64,000 nucleotides of DNA from Veleropilina oligotropha (lineage: Eukaryota): positions 62,001 through 126,000 of the forward strand of contig JBEUKZ010000077.1 in NCBI GenBank assembly GCA_048128005.1, given 5' to 3'. Numbering within the stretch: position 1 is the first letter of the stretch; the number at the start of each line of letters is the position of its first letter. Positions 26,705 through 37,751 of the stretch are shown piece by piece. A model generated the notes under the pieces. That model searched no databases and was not told the origin of the DNA. It was given only the letters and a program-made list of their open reading frames with translations. The position numbers and the translations under genes were made by a program.

Positions 26705-27164
26705 TAGTCAGGTCGCTTAGCAACAAAAATATGCAATCTCGTTACAGAGATGACAAAAGTATGAAAATTGGTATGTGGTATCTCTAGATCATATCTAAAC
26801 ATTTTATCCCCGGATCCAGCTTGAAATATTTTTTGGTGGAAATAAGAGCAAAATTAAAAAATAAAGGCGAAAAATGTAAAATCATGCTTAAATTCACGAA
26901 ATATTAATATACAGTATCACATTTATTCTCCACTAATTCAAGTTGATTTTGGCTAAATATTTAATTTTAAGATACAGAAGATTATATATGTGATAAAAAT
27001 AATTATTCGGAGATAAATATTCTGAACTAAGATTAATTAAGCATAGTGAATATGGTGGGATTAGGTTATACCGATGACTAAACTGAGTCATTGATTAATA
27101 ATTTCAGAGTTGGCATTATTACCAGAAAAAGATATATGTATATATATATAAATATATATTATAA

Positions 27165-27303
27165 GTTACATGGTTTGTTGGTGACCTAATATGGTATATA
27201 CAGGGTGAGTAAAATTCATATCAGGCGAGAGCGAAGCTCGAGCCTGATATGAATTTTACTCACCCTGTATATACCATATTAGGTCACCAACAAACCATGT
27301 AAC
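27165..27303. repeat. Perfect 62-bp-arm inverted repeat with central GAGCGAAGCTC mini-hairpin, part of a ~520-bp non-autonomous element
   Basis: 27165-27226 is the reverse complement of 27242-27303; partial repeat of arm at 27550-27598. Confidence 0.9.
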
Positions 27304-28975
27304 AAATATATCTTACCGACAACCTTTTTTTACACTTTAACCTGTCTAAACCGGTCACATTCCTGTGGTGTCGTCTGCGCGAACCGTTTTTTGGCCGCCA
27401 TATTGTTTATTGATTTGTATATAAGGCACAGGGGCAATAACTCTATACCGACCCTGTATGGCGGTGAACTAACCCCATATGGATTTATACAGGGTCGACA
27501 CGTGATCGGTCTAACCCAATCACTATCGTGGAAACTTGTTGGAGGTAAGATATGGTATATACAGGTTGAGTAAAATTCATATCAGGCGAGAGCGAAGGTG
27601 AAGTAACCCCATATGGATTATACACGGTCGACACGTGATGGGTCTAGCCCAATCACTATCGTAGAAACTTGTTGGAGGTAAGATATATATATATATGAAT
27701 ATATATTTTATATATATTTTATATATGTGGTTATTAATTAATTATATCCCCGTAACGAAAAAAGTATACCCCCAAACAAAGATAGATATTCAGGTCACTT
27801 GGCGTCAAAAATATGCGCTTTCGTTACAGATATGACAAAAGCATGAAAATTGGTATGTGGTATCTCTCAAGATCATATCTAAACAGATTATCCCCGGATC
27901 CATCCTGAAAAATATTTTTTTCTTTAAATATGACCAAAATTCAATATGACCAAAATTCAAAATTAAAGCTATCAGTGTATAATAGCTCATTAATTTGTCA
28001 TTTGCTATAAATTAGGCTATGTGTCATTGTGAAAACAAATTCCAGACATTGTTAAATGTCCATTTAATGTTGTATAAAAAATTAGGTAGATGCAACCTCT
28101 GTTTTTGCATCCTTTCTTGAAAATATTCAGGCCGCACTGGTAGCCGAGTGGATAATAGTGCGTATTCTGTTTGTCTAGTTATGGTGAGGGCTGGCTTTCC
28201 TCTCGCGATAATATTGACATGTTCTGATATGAACCTGAAAAGCCAGGAAATTGAAAGGGGGACGAAATTTATTACTACATGTAATATCAATATACAGTAC
28301 TATCAACTGCCCACGCAAGGAGCAGGGCCCCGCGCGAAGGAAAATTATGACTATTAATGGTGTGAAACCTCCTTTCCCGCAGTCAGAGAGTGCAAATGCG
28401 ATGTATTTTACTAACATTTATGAACCATTTTCACCACTGAGTAAAAGGTCACTATTTGAAATATTACAGGAAATACATTTATAAAAATCTGTTATGTCAA
28501 GGCGGCGGGTATGACCACCCCCTCCCCTCTCTGCCTACACCCATGTAACGTGCTTTAAGAAAATACCATACAAGCCAGAATATCTGGTTGTTGGGACCAA
28601 ATATCACTTCAAGTGTTTACCACAGTTTCGAAACAAATATCTAAATCATGATAGAAACTTAATTATTCCAAACCTGCTGTCACAGGCAAGTTTATGACTG
28701 AATTCAAGGTATTTGTACCTGGTACAATATGTACAGGTTGGAGTAGATGGCCACGAAAGCATATTTAAGCTAGCAGACTTAGACTGGGTTGGTTGATCGG
28801 CAATATTTTAGATTTAATGTAGTCGGGATACCTGGTTTAAGATCTAACTCCAATATATGACAGACATACATTATCATAAGCGGTAGAATAAACCACCGAT
28901 TGGGCTCGAACCCGGGCCCTCCTGGCTGTCTCAGTTGAGTAACTGACGATATGCGCTCACCCGCCGAAGTTGTTA

Positions 28976-29089
28976 GAGAAGGACTGGGAATACATAAAAC
29001 TGTGAGAAGGACTGGGAATACATAAAACTGTGAGAAGGACTGGGAATACATAAAACTGTGAGAAGGACTGGGAATACATAAAACTGTGA
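28976..29089. repeat. 28-bp unit x4 (GAGAAGGACTGGGAATACATAAAACTGT)
   Basis: Directly visible. Confidence 0.92.
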
Positions 29090-31775
29090 ACAAAACCAAA
29101 CTAAAAGAGACCATTCAATAACATTTCACTCAAGCTTACGACTAAATTGATAGAAATTCAACGTAGCTCTTATATAATAATGGCACGAAAAGTTTAATTC
29201 GTGACGCAGTGGAAACAAGACGTTTTCCAAAGATACAGATGCTTTATCTAAGGCTTCTCAGATCATTAGGAGACATTTCTTTGACAAAGACTCTTCCCGG
29301 TTTTCAGGCTCCTTTTTGGAAGACAAGTCAATACATGCGAGTTTAAATTATATCATCTATATGACGCTTTCTTGCACCAGTTTGAAAGATCTAGATCCTA
29401 CAGAATCACCATTCACACTCTTCACCAAGAAGCTTATTAGCTTACAATGCAATGCTAAGAAGAGAGCACCAAATCAGATGCGCAACCCAAACAACATTGG
29501 AACGATAAACACCTCTGCCAATCTACACATGCATCATCCTGCATTCATCAACTCAGAGCGAATGAATCATATTGGTATGTGTGTCGCATGAGAGAGTAAT
29601 GGATAGAAGAACACTGGACAGCTGCAATTCCCCAGTTTCTCATGTCAAAGATCCTTCACTGTAGGACGACTTCGTCATGTCGTGCACCATCCTAGTTCCT
29701 CTGATGCAACATCATCCTACCATTTAACACAGATAATTCTGTTTAAATTTACCCATACCATAATACAGAAGATGATAGATCACCTCCTGAATAAAAATAT
29801 GCTTTGCCAGAAAAGCATTCGGTGGTGTATTAAATACCTCACCAGTAACGGTTCCACCATGTCGGATGAGGCCATTACCGAGTGAGCCACTGCTGCCTTA
29901 GAACACGAGACGGACTGAAAGTAGTAGACATGGAATCTACTGGAGAAGACCAACATTGCTAGCCATGCTGAACAAATGATATATGGGGAGATTTGTCCGA
30001 TCATTGTGTCCCTTTCTCTTCTCGCAGTGATGAATAATTTCATGCAGTAAAGTTCCCCAATCCTGAGCAGAATCCTGTGATGGCAGTTGACATCTACTGC
30101 TTGCTCTGACGAAATGTACTCAATGGAAGATTCCGTGGATATTCACAGAGAACATATGTTGGCTATATAGTTAGGAGGACTCCATACAGAGAATAAATTA
30201 GATATTTGAAATTGTGTAGCAAGTGTAGTAACGCTAATATGGATTCCACAGGATATATGTAAATGTTGATGCAGTAAAAGATAATATATGATAATTTCCT
30301 ATAATCGAATGAGGTACAACTACAAATTGGACAAGTGGATTTAAATTGTGATACGTGTGTTAATTCCAGCTATTATGTTTTTATAAATTATTAATATCAT
30401 TTTTCAAGTTTTGATAATACCATACCTGAGTAAGTAATATGGTTATTATTATACCATACGTGAGTAAGTAACATTATTACGTGTATTGGTGGGACTTGAT
30501 ATTAGTCCAATGCTTTTAGAAGATATGTATCAGTATTGTTGTCTAGACAAGTGAGTGTGACTACTGAGAAGATTATTCTTTTAATCATTTTATTGCCTAC
30601 ATGTAAAGGTTGGCTAGTTATAATGAGCACGAAGTCCGTGCTCTTATAGGCTACCGTACACGAGTGTAGAAAATAACGAATTCTCAACAAAATCGAATAG
30701 GCTTACCTTTGTTGCGATATAACCAAACGGAAACCCGAAATTCAGGCATTCTGGGATTGGTTTTGCAATAACATGGAGATTTATGGGTAATAATTATGAT
30801 AGGATATTTTTTTATTTGTCAAGAGTGTCAAGCGCGAAGCGCTTGCACATTAAACATGCTTATGACAGGCGCTACACATAAATAATGAATTCTGCGGAAG
30901 TTTTAATGTCAAATCTCGGATAAACGTTAGCAACTTAGCGTACAGGCTGGCGTATGCGGTGACGTCATTGCGCTGATCGACTTCGTCGAGTGTCGTCTTG
31001 GCAATGAGATAATGATTCGGTAAATTCACGGAGCAGTCCGGGAGCGGAGTTTACCGATCGATACAACTAAGGTAATCGAGCCAATACAAGTACGTGTATG
31101 TCAATTAACTAGTTGGAAGAATTAATAATATGTTTGTGTTAATAAAATTACATATTAGTTTTAAACTTTGTAATTAGTTTTAATAATTATATGTATATGT
31201 ACATGCATGTATATGCCATATCTGAGTGCTCGTTTCTCATTGATCTTTGTCAGCCAAATATAGCACATGTATATATGCTTAAGCCTTGCACAACATACTA
31301 GTGTGTTCTACTACATTGAATAACTCATAAAAATGCACTTTACTTACATATATCATGACGATACCCAATTATAAGTCGAATAACGTTTATAAACGTTATT
31401 TCGATGGCGGCCATTTTGAATTTTTCCCATAATTCAACAACGGAGGCCAATTCAGAGTGGATCCGGGACTAAAATCTTTTAGTACCCCCTAAAGATCTTC
31501 TATACCAAATTTGGCATTTTTGTCACTCGTGTAACGAGTTGTATGATAAGCGATTTGACTAATTGGTTAGATGGTGAGTCATGAAGTCAGTGATAATTGG
31601 GTGATGTCCATTGGTTAGATGTTGAGATCATTGATGCAAACACCCAATTTAACACCCTTCTGAGTCATATCAGGACATGTCCATATTTTCGCTGAAAAGC
31701 CCAATGAACCCCTACCGGCACTTATTAGTTAATACATGATTTGTATCAAATAACAGTACTATTGTATTATTTTAG

Positions 31776-31961
31776 TGAACACACATGTCCATGCTGACCA
31801 TGTGACAGGAAGTGGAGAAATTAAAAAGCGAATTCCAAGCTGTCGCAGTGTGATATCTGCACAAAGTGGAGCTATTAGTGACGTCAAAGTTACTGAGGGT
31901 GATGTCATTCAGTTTGGCTCGAGTCAGATAAAGTGTCGCAGCACACCTGGCCATACGAATG
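31776..31961 (+). CDS. ETHE1: ETHE1 exon 3 (NTHVHADHVTGSG...STPGHTNG)
   Basis: Metallo-beta-lactamase HxHxDH and PGHT motifs; attttag acceptor, G|gtaaga donor. Confidence 0.97.
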
Positions 31962-32157
31962 GTAAGACAACACTGAATATTCCTTTTCTCTTAATCGGTA
32001 ATTGATTGAGATACAAAGTCGGATATTTGAAGTGGAAACCTCAGAATTTGTAGGCCAGGCCCAAACTACATGTTTAATTTGTTGTGACAACCAAATGTAC
32101 GGTATGATGATCATGATAAATTCACTACTTATATGTTTCGCTCCCTTGACTATTCAG

Positions 32158-32250
32158 GCTGCATGACATATGTTTGGCATGAGAAGAACATGGCCTTCAC
32201 TGGCGACGTCATACTGGTGCGAGGATGTGGCAGGACCGACTTCCAGGAAG
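32158..32250 (+). CDS. ETHE1: ETHE1 exon 4 ([30 protein letters not shown])
   Basis: FTGD and RGCGRTDFQ motifs; canonical splice sites, phase 1/1. Confidence 0.97.
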
Positions 32251-32752
32251 GTTAGCTTCATTTGTAATCTACACAACAGCATGCAACATCTACTAGTATA
32301 ACATTTTGTTCAAATTAAATATCATGAATATGGAAATAAGATTGTGCAATACATAGTTAGATGTCTGTCAGCCATCAATTGAGAAGTCTATCGTCCCTCT
32401 AATTGGCATGAATAAACCGTAAACATCTTATTTTTCAAGTTGATGTATCTACTTACCATTCGAAAAACTTTTATGATACATTTTATTCTTTTTATATAGT
32501 CGTAAAATGTGCAATCATCAATGCACATGGATAATTTTGTACTATATATCAATAAAGTAACACAAGCTTTTTGGACCGAAACATCCCCAATAGCTGATTA
32601 AAGATAGTAAAAAATATTACTCAATTTAATTTGGATGAGAAACTCAAACCTATCATGAGAAAATGACCTTGATATGTATTACATGTATCTCCTTACATGC
32701 TGCTGATATGATTTTCTGATTACTTTAATATATCTCCAATCTTCCATTTCAG

Positions 32753-32842
32753 GCAATTCTGAAGCTCTCTACAAATCTGTGCATGAGAAGATCTTTAGCC
32801 TTCCTGACCATTACTTCCTTTATCCTGCTCATGACTACACGG
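32753..32842 (+). CDS. ETHE1: ETHE1 exon 5 ([29 protein letters not shown])
   Basis: SVHEKIFxLP and YPAHDY motifs; catttcag acceptor, G|gtaac donor. Confidence 0.96.
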
Positions 32843-33363
32843 GTAACAACCTACTTCCTTTATCCCGCTCATGACTACACGGGTAACAACCTACTTCCTT
32901 TATCCTGCTCATGACTACACGGGTAACAACCTACTTCCTTTATCCCGCTCATGACTACACGGGTAACAACCTACTTCCTTTATCCCGCTCATGACTACAC
33001 GGGTAACAACCTACTTCCTTTATCCCGCTCATGACTACACGGGTAACAACCTACTTCCTTTATCCTGCTCATGACTACACGGGTAACAACCTACTTCCTT
33101 TATCCCGCTCATGACTACACGGGTAACAACCTACTTCCTTTATCCCGCTCATGACTACACGGGTAACAACCATTACCTCCTTTATCCTGCTCATGACTAC
33201 ACGGGTAACAACCTACTTCCTTTATCCTGCTCATGACTACACGGGTAACAACCTACTTCCTTTATCCCGCTCATGACTACACGGATAACAACCTACTTCC
33301 TTTATCCCGCTCATGACTACACGGGTAACAACCATTACTTCCTTTATCCTGCTCATGACTACA
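32812..33363 (+). repeat. 40-bp minisatellite (~14 copies) made of the ETHE1 exon 5 end plus its splice donor
   Basis: Unit TACTTCCTTTATCCYGCTCATGACTACACGG|GTAACAACC; first copy is the real exon/intron junction. Confidence 0.96.
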
Positions 33364-34323
33364 CTCAGTGACTGGTAACAACCTCAGCAGTTTAATCGTT
33401 TAATTTTACTTATCTCTGTCTGAATCAGTTTCATATGACAGAAATGATTTGAAATTGTGTGTTTCATGACAAGTACGTATTTCTGATTTTAATATGACTT
33501 AATTTGTGACTATGTTGGTCATAGTAAGAAATGCACCCCTCGCTTTCATATCCTATGTCTAAGAAAACGAAAAGCACACCCGAATAAGATATGAACAATA
33601 TATTTCCCCTTGACCATCACACAACATTGATATCAAGTGAAAGGTAAGCTCATTAATGAAAAAAAAGAAAGATTGTGTCTGAGAAATGTCTTCTTGCATT
33701 AAAATTTCACAAAGCTTTTACCCAGTATTGAAAGTATGAAAAGTGTGATGTGCGTTTCTTTATTGATCAAGTATATTTTATGTGTGTATGTAGTGCAATG
33801 ATGTTGAAATGAGGTGATGATATAACAGTGATACAGTACCATCACCATGGACTGGAGGTCATAGTAAAGATTATAAATCCATTTAAACCATTTTTATGAC
33901 GTCATTCTTTTGTCTTGGCCCATGGTCTAACTGGCCATATTGTCATTTAGACCACGCGGGACTACATTCTTACACTAAACACAGGTGTATTAGGTTATTA
34001 AAATCATATATTATAAATTATTGTACACTTTTGCAATGGTTGAAAGTCGGTGATATCATTCAGTTTGTGTTATCTAATCGGAAAAGCCTGTGCAGTTAAA
34101 CAACTCACCGCTTCACTCCTCGTGGTTTAACTGCAAGCTTTTCCGATTAGAGTCATAGACAACCAAACCTCGTGGTATAACCTACACATCTCTGTCTATT
34201 TGTTTAAAGGATACGGTTAATGCTGATCAATGATAAGTAAGCCACTCAGCCATTTTGTTTTACACAGCATAAATGTATTACGGTAAATGAAACTTTCAGA
34301 GTGAATGACTCTTGACTCTTTAG

Positions 34324-34440
34324 GTCACACTGTAACAACCGTTCGTGAAGAGAAACTCTACAACCCACGCCTGAACAAGCCAATGAGGGAGTTTATCCGG
34401 ATCATGAAAGATTTAAACTTGCCTTATCCTAGTCAGATTG
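34324..34440 (+). CDS. ETHE1: ETHE1 exon 6 (HTVTTVREEKLYNPRLNKPMREFIRIMKDLNLPYPSQI)
   Basis: EEKxxNPRL and LNLPxP motifs; ctttag acceptor, G|gtaggt donor. Confidence 0.96.
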
Positions 34441-34520
34441 GTAGGTAGTTGTTTGTGATCACCGATTGAACCTTATTTGGTATTAGATATTGTTAACTAC
34501 ATCTATATATAGTTACAAAC

Positions 34521-34720
34521 TACTTACGTCCTTACTCTTGCCATAATAGTCATATTATCGCCAACCGGAAACAGTGAATAAAGTCACATTTAGGCACTTA
34601 TTAAGTCAAAACGTACTACGATTACCTCCCCTGCTCCCGCTCTCTAAGTTCCCCCGGCGAGATCTCGCCAAGTCTCGCGAGATATCCGAGCTCGAGATCA
34701 CAAGACCTCAATTCAAAGTT
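34521..34720. repeat. DIRS copy B left ITR
   Basis: Reverse complement of 41485-41684; starts TACTTACGTCCTTACT. Confidence 0.95.
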
Positions 34721-35477
34721 TTCCGCCGAGACGGAAAGACGTGTTTTTTGCTCCGCAAATATTTCGAATTTGTCTGCGATTTACATGTTTAAATCGAGGA
34801 CGCTATTATAACTTATCTTTAGTTATATACTGTGGAATATACACTGTGTTGTGGATAGACAAAACACAAGTGAATAAGGATAGATTGTGATTCTAAACTT
34901 CGAGAAGTTCTGACATCAAGTGAAACCGACATCGCCACTGTTGCACGGAAAAGCATGGCCGCTCAGAGGGGAAGTTTCGTGTAATAAGAAGAAATTTCTG
35001 GTCGGTATATTTATCTGATATTGTTTGAGACTGCAAACAGGTAACTCATTATATTGGATAATTCCTTAACGACGCTATTGCTGGTTATTATTGTATAAAA
35101 TTTCTAGCGTCGTTAATAGGCAGGATCGTTTTGATATCACGCTTGCGTTTTTCTGATATCCTGCCGTTTCTGGGATAATACGCCATTGTACTAACATAAA
35201 AACATCCACGAGGTTTTCAGGTGTTTTTCGGGCGGGTTTTTTCTAAGAAAGAACCCCCGTTTGTTTTAGTCAATTTGCCGGGTTTTTTACCGGGTCGTGC
35301 CGGGTTATTACCCGGCCTCGGTGTTCCCAGTTCGGGGTTTGTTGCGGTATATCGCCTGATCTTTGATCTTAAGATCAGGGCAATTTTGAGAGTTGTTGTA
35401 GTAAAAGTCACAACTACCATATATATACCTATTTACCTACCCCGTCTACCCACTACCACCCTCCCGTGTATTTAGCT

Positions 35478-37751
35478 ATGGTCCGGTGCAGTAGCTCCGG
35501 GTGTAACCAGAAAATTCCCGGTTTTGATAAGCACACGGAATGCCGTATTCACCGTACTTGTAGTCTTAAACTTCAATGTGATCTGTGCCTTCTTTTATCA
35601 GACAAGCAGTGGGCGGTTCTATCCCACCAGGGTAAGTCGGCCAGGGCGACTGCCACGGTGGGTCCTCCCCCGGAGAAGGGTCAGGAAGAGACTGGTAAGT
35701 TAACGAGTTCCCTTAGGGGTTCCGTAAGGGATAACGTTTCTTCTTTGTCTGCTACAGGGACGCTGGACGACAGCCGACATAAGGGGCCGTCTGTCGCCGG
35801 ATCCACCGGCGAAACCTCCGCGACTCTTGGGGGGGTCACCGAAACCTTGCCGGGACCCCAGATTCAGGTAACGGCCCGAGTGCCGACCGTTCCTCCTCAA
35901 ACGGGCCTAGTAGCTGCAGCCAACCATACCTTGCCGGCTAGCAAGGTATATCTGGCAGCGCAGCGAACAGCTGAACAGGGCAGACATTCCCCATCCTTTT
36001 CTTCGGCCTCGAAGAATAAGGGGACAGTTAGTCCTTCTGCGGGAAACTCTCCGTTTAACGACGGGGAGCGACCCAATGAGAAAGCCTTTAAAGAGGCCGG
36101 GCACCTTTTCGAAGGTCTAAGATCCGGACAATCGGCGACACCTGAATCCTCGATCGAGACCGACGCGACTGCCCCTAAGGGTTTTCCGCTCAACCTCGAA
36201 GCTCACGAGACATTCAGAGGGCCCGTTCTTTCCCGTGCACCCACGATGGTCACGCTAGAGAACGTGGACAGACCGGCTGCGTTCGGGACGGGGTTCTACG
36301 GCGGTTTTCCGACCGTGCCTCTCTCGAACAGAGTGGTAGACCGATATGGACTGTTGCCGCAGTCCTACCGGTCGTCCGGCCCACTGACTGCGCCTTTGGG
36401 CCAGCCCTTCGGGTTCGACCCCTCGACAAGTGCCCTAGGACCCTGGTCCTCGGCCCCACCTGTCTATGCAGCCCGTCTACCTAGCGCCACGGTTTCATCG
36501 ACTGAACTACCGGCTGTTAGTTCGACGCCCGTCCTGCCTCAGGGTTTCTCTTTGGAGAACGTCCAGGCATGGATCGCGGCGGGGATCGAGGAGCGGTGTA
36601 AGGCCTGGCCGACGGCTCCCCAGCCGCGCCTGGTACCTACACATCTGCCCATGGCGCAGAGCACGGCTCCTGCCTCCGTGATGGAGATCGACCCTCGTTC
36701 CGACGAGGACCTCGGTTCCCATCACTCCGACCTCCCTGAATCGGTCGGGCCCGAAGACGCAAGTCTTTCAGGCACGCAGGAGCCGACCTCCTCCACCCGC
36801 CGAAGGCTCGACGCCGTTGCGTCACTTCGCGGGGTGCTTGGCCTGCCGGAACCGACTCGGTCGGCCGTAGGTTCAGCCAAGCACAGGACGGCAGCACATC
36901 GGTTTGTTGAGAGGGAAGCCCCCGAGCTCCCCTCCTTACCTCAGTCTGGGCTGGTTGATCTTGTCGTCGACTCGACAACCAAGCTCATTCAGGGGCGCAA
37001 TCCGGTGGAGTCCTCCCCGCTGACCGAGTTCCCTTCGGGGTTCCGTAGTGGGAGGTACCTCCGGGCCAGTTCGCGTTCGATCCCGTTCGCTTGTACTGGT
37101 CCGTGCCTGGCGACTGAGCCGGCTCATGTAGACGCTTCGTTGCGTCGACTGACCGCCAGTCACACTCCCTCCGTGGCGAAAGTTCCTTGGTCCGCCTTGG
37201 AAGCTTTCGAGAGCGCCGCCCGACGGGCTCTACGGCTATCGTCTGTTCAGGATTTTTTCTTGGACGGCGCGATAGCCGTACTACAGGAGGATGGACCCGG
37301 CGCCTGTGAGGCTGCCCTGTCCTTCCTCCAGGAGGTTGCTGCCGCGCAGGAGACCAGCGCGTTGGAGACGGGACGTGTCCTGGGCAATGCACTCCTACTT
37401 CGTAGGGATGCTTGCCTGGAAGGCACCTCGCTAGACGAGGCCACCCGGCGCTCGTTGCGATGCGTGCCTTGCTCGGCCACCACTCTCTTTGGTGACAACT
37501 TTTCGGAGTTCGTCGACAAGAGAGCGGCGGATATGAAGGACCGTGCCATCGAGAAGGCGGTACTGCACCCCGTTCGGGGTCCACCTGCCGACTCGAGGAA
37601 GCGCTCAGGGCCCACCCGGGCCCCGAAGCCTTCTAAGCGTGCGAAGCCCTCTTCGGGTGGTAGGCCTCCGGCCAATAAACCCACTCCGAAGAGGCAAGCA
37701 CCTCCAGCGAAATCCCGTAAGCAGAGCGGGAGAGGGAAGCCTCGGCCCTAG
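35478..37751 (+). CDS. DIRS copy B gag-like ORF1
   Basis: ATG at 35478, uninterrupted to TAG; N-terminal Cys/His cluster; homologous to copy A ORF1. Confidence 0.88.
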   Translation: MVRCSSSGCNQKIPGFDKHTECRIHRTCSLKLQCDLCLLLSDKQWAVLSHQGKSARATATVGPPPEKGQEETGKLTSSLRGSVRDNVSSLSATGTLDDSRHKGPSVAGSTGETSATLGGVTETLPGPQIQVTARVPTVPPQTGLVAAANHTLPASKVYLAAQRTAEQGRHSPSFSSASKNKGTVSPSAGNSPFNDGERPNEKAFKEAGHLFEGLRSGQSATPESSIETDATAPKGFPLNLEAHETFRGPVLSRAPTMVTLENVDRPAAFGTGFYGGFPTVPLSNRVVDRYGLLPQSYRSSGPLTAPLGQPFGFDPSTSALGPWSSAPPVYAARLPSATVSSTELPAVSSTPVLPQGFSLENVQAWIAAGIEERCKAWPTAPQPRLVPTHLPMAQSTAPASVMEIDPRSDEDLGSHHSDLPESVGPEDASLSGTQEPTSSTRRRLDAVASLRGVLGLPEPTRSAVGSAKHRTAAHRFVEREAPELPSLPQSGLVDLVVDSTTKLIQGRNPVESSPLTEFPSGFRSGRYLRASSRSIPFACTGPCLATEPAHVDASLRRLTASHTPSVAKVPWSALEAFESAARRALRLSSVQDFFLDGAIAVLQEDGPGACEAALSFLQEVAAAQETSALETGRVLGNALLLRRDACLEGTSLDEATRRSLRCVPCSATTLFGDNFSEFVDKRAADMKDRAIEKAVLHPVRGPPADSRKRSGPTRAPKPSKRAKPSSGGRPPANKPTPKRQAPPAKSRKQSGRGKPRP

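Larger units (their letters stand above)
26705..31561 (+). mobile_element. Degraded Academ-type DNA transposon with nested repeats
   Basis: Termini TAGTCAGGTCGCTTA ... TAAGCGATTTGACTA, 3-bp TSD ATT; eroded transposase pieces DALSKASQIIRRHFF..FSGSF (~29235) and NPEQNPVMAVD..TQW..LGGLHTE (~30060-30190); left-end sequence repeated at ~27790-27925. Confidence 0.8.

Noticed and set aside
28900..28965. tRNA gene suggested by GGGTTCGAGCCC B-box on minus strand
   Set aside because: No full cloverleaf; more likely a decayed SINE head.
31775..32005. HxHxDH as a bacterial metallo-beta-lactamase or glyoxalase II
   Set aside because: Spliced gene with [15 protein letters not shown] and PANMxCG motifs diagnostic of ETHE1-type persulfide dioxygenase.
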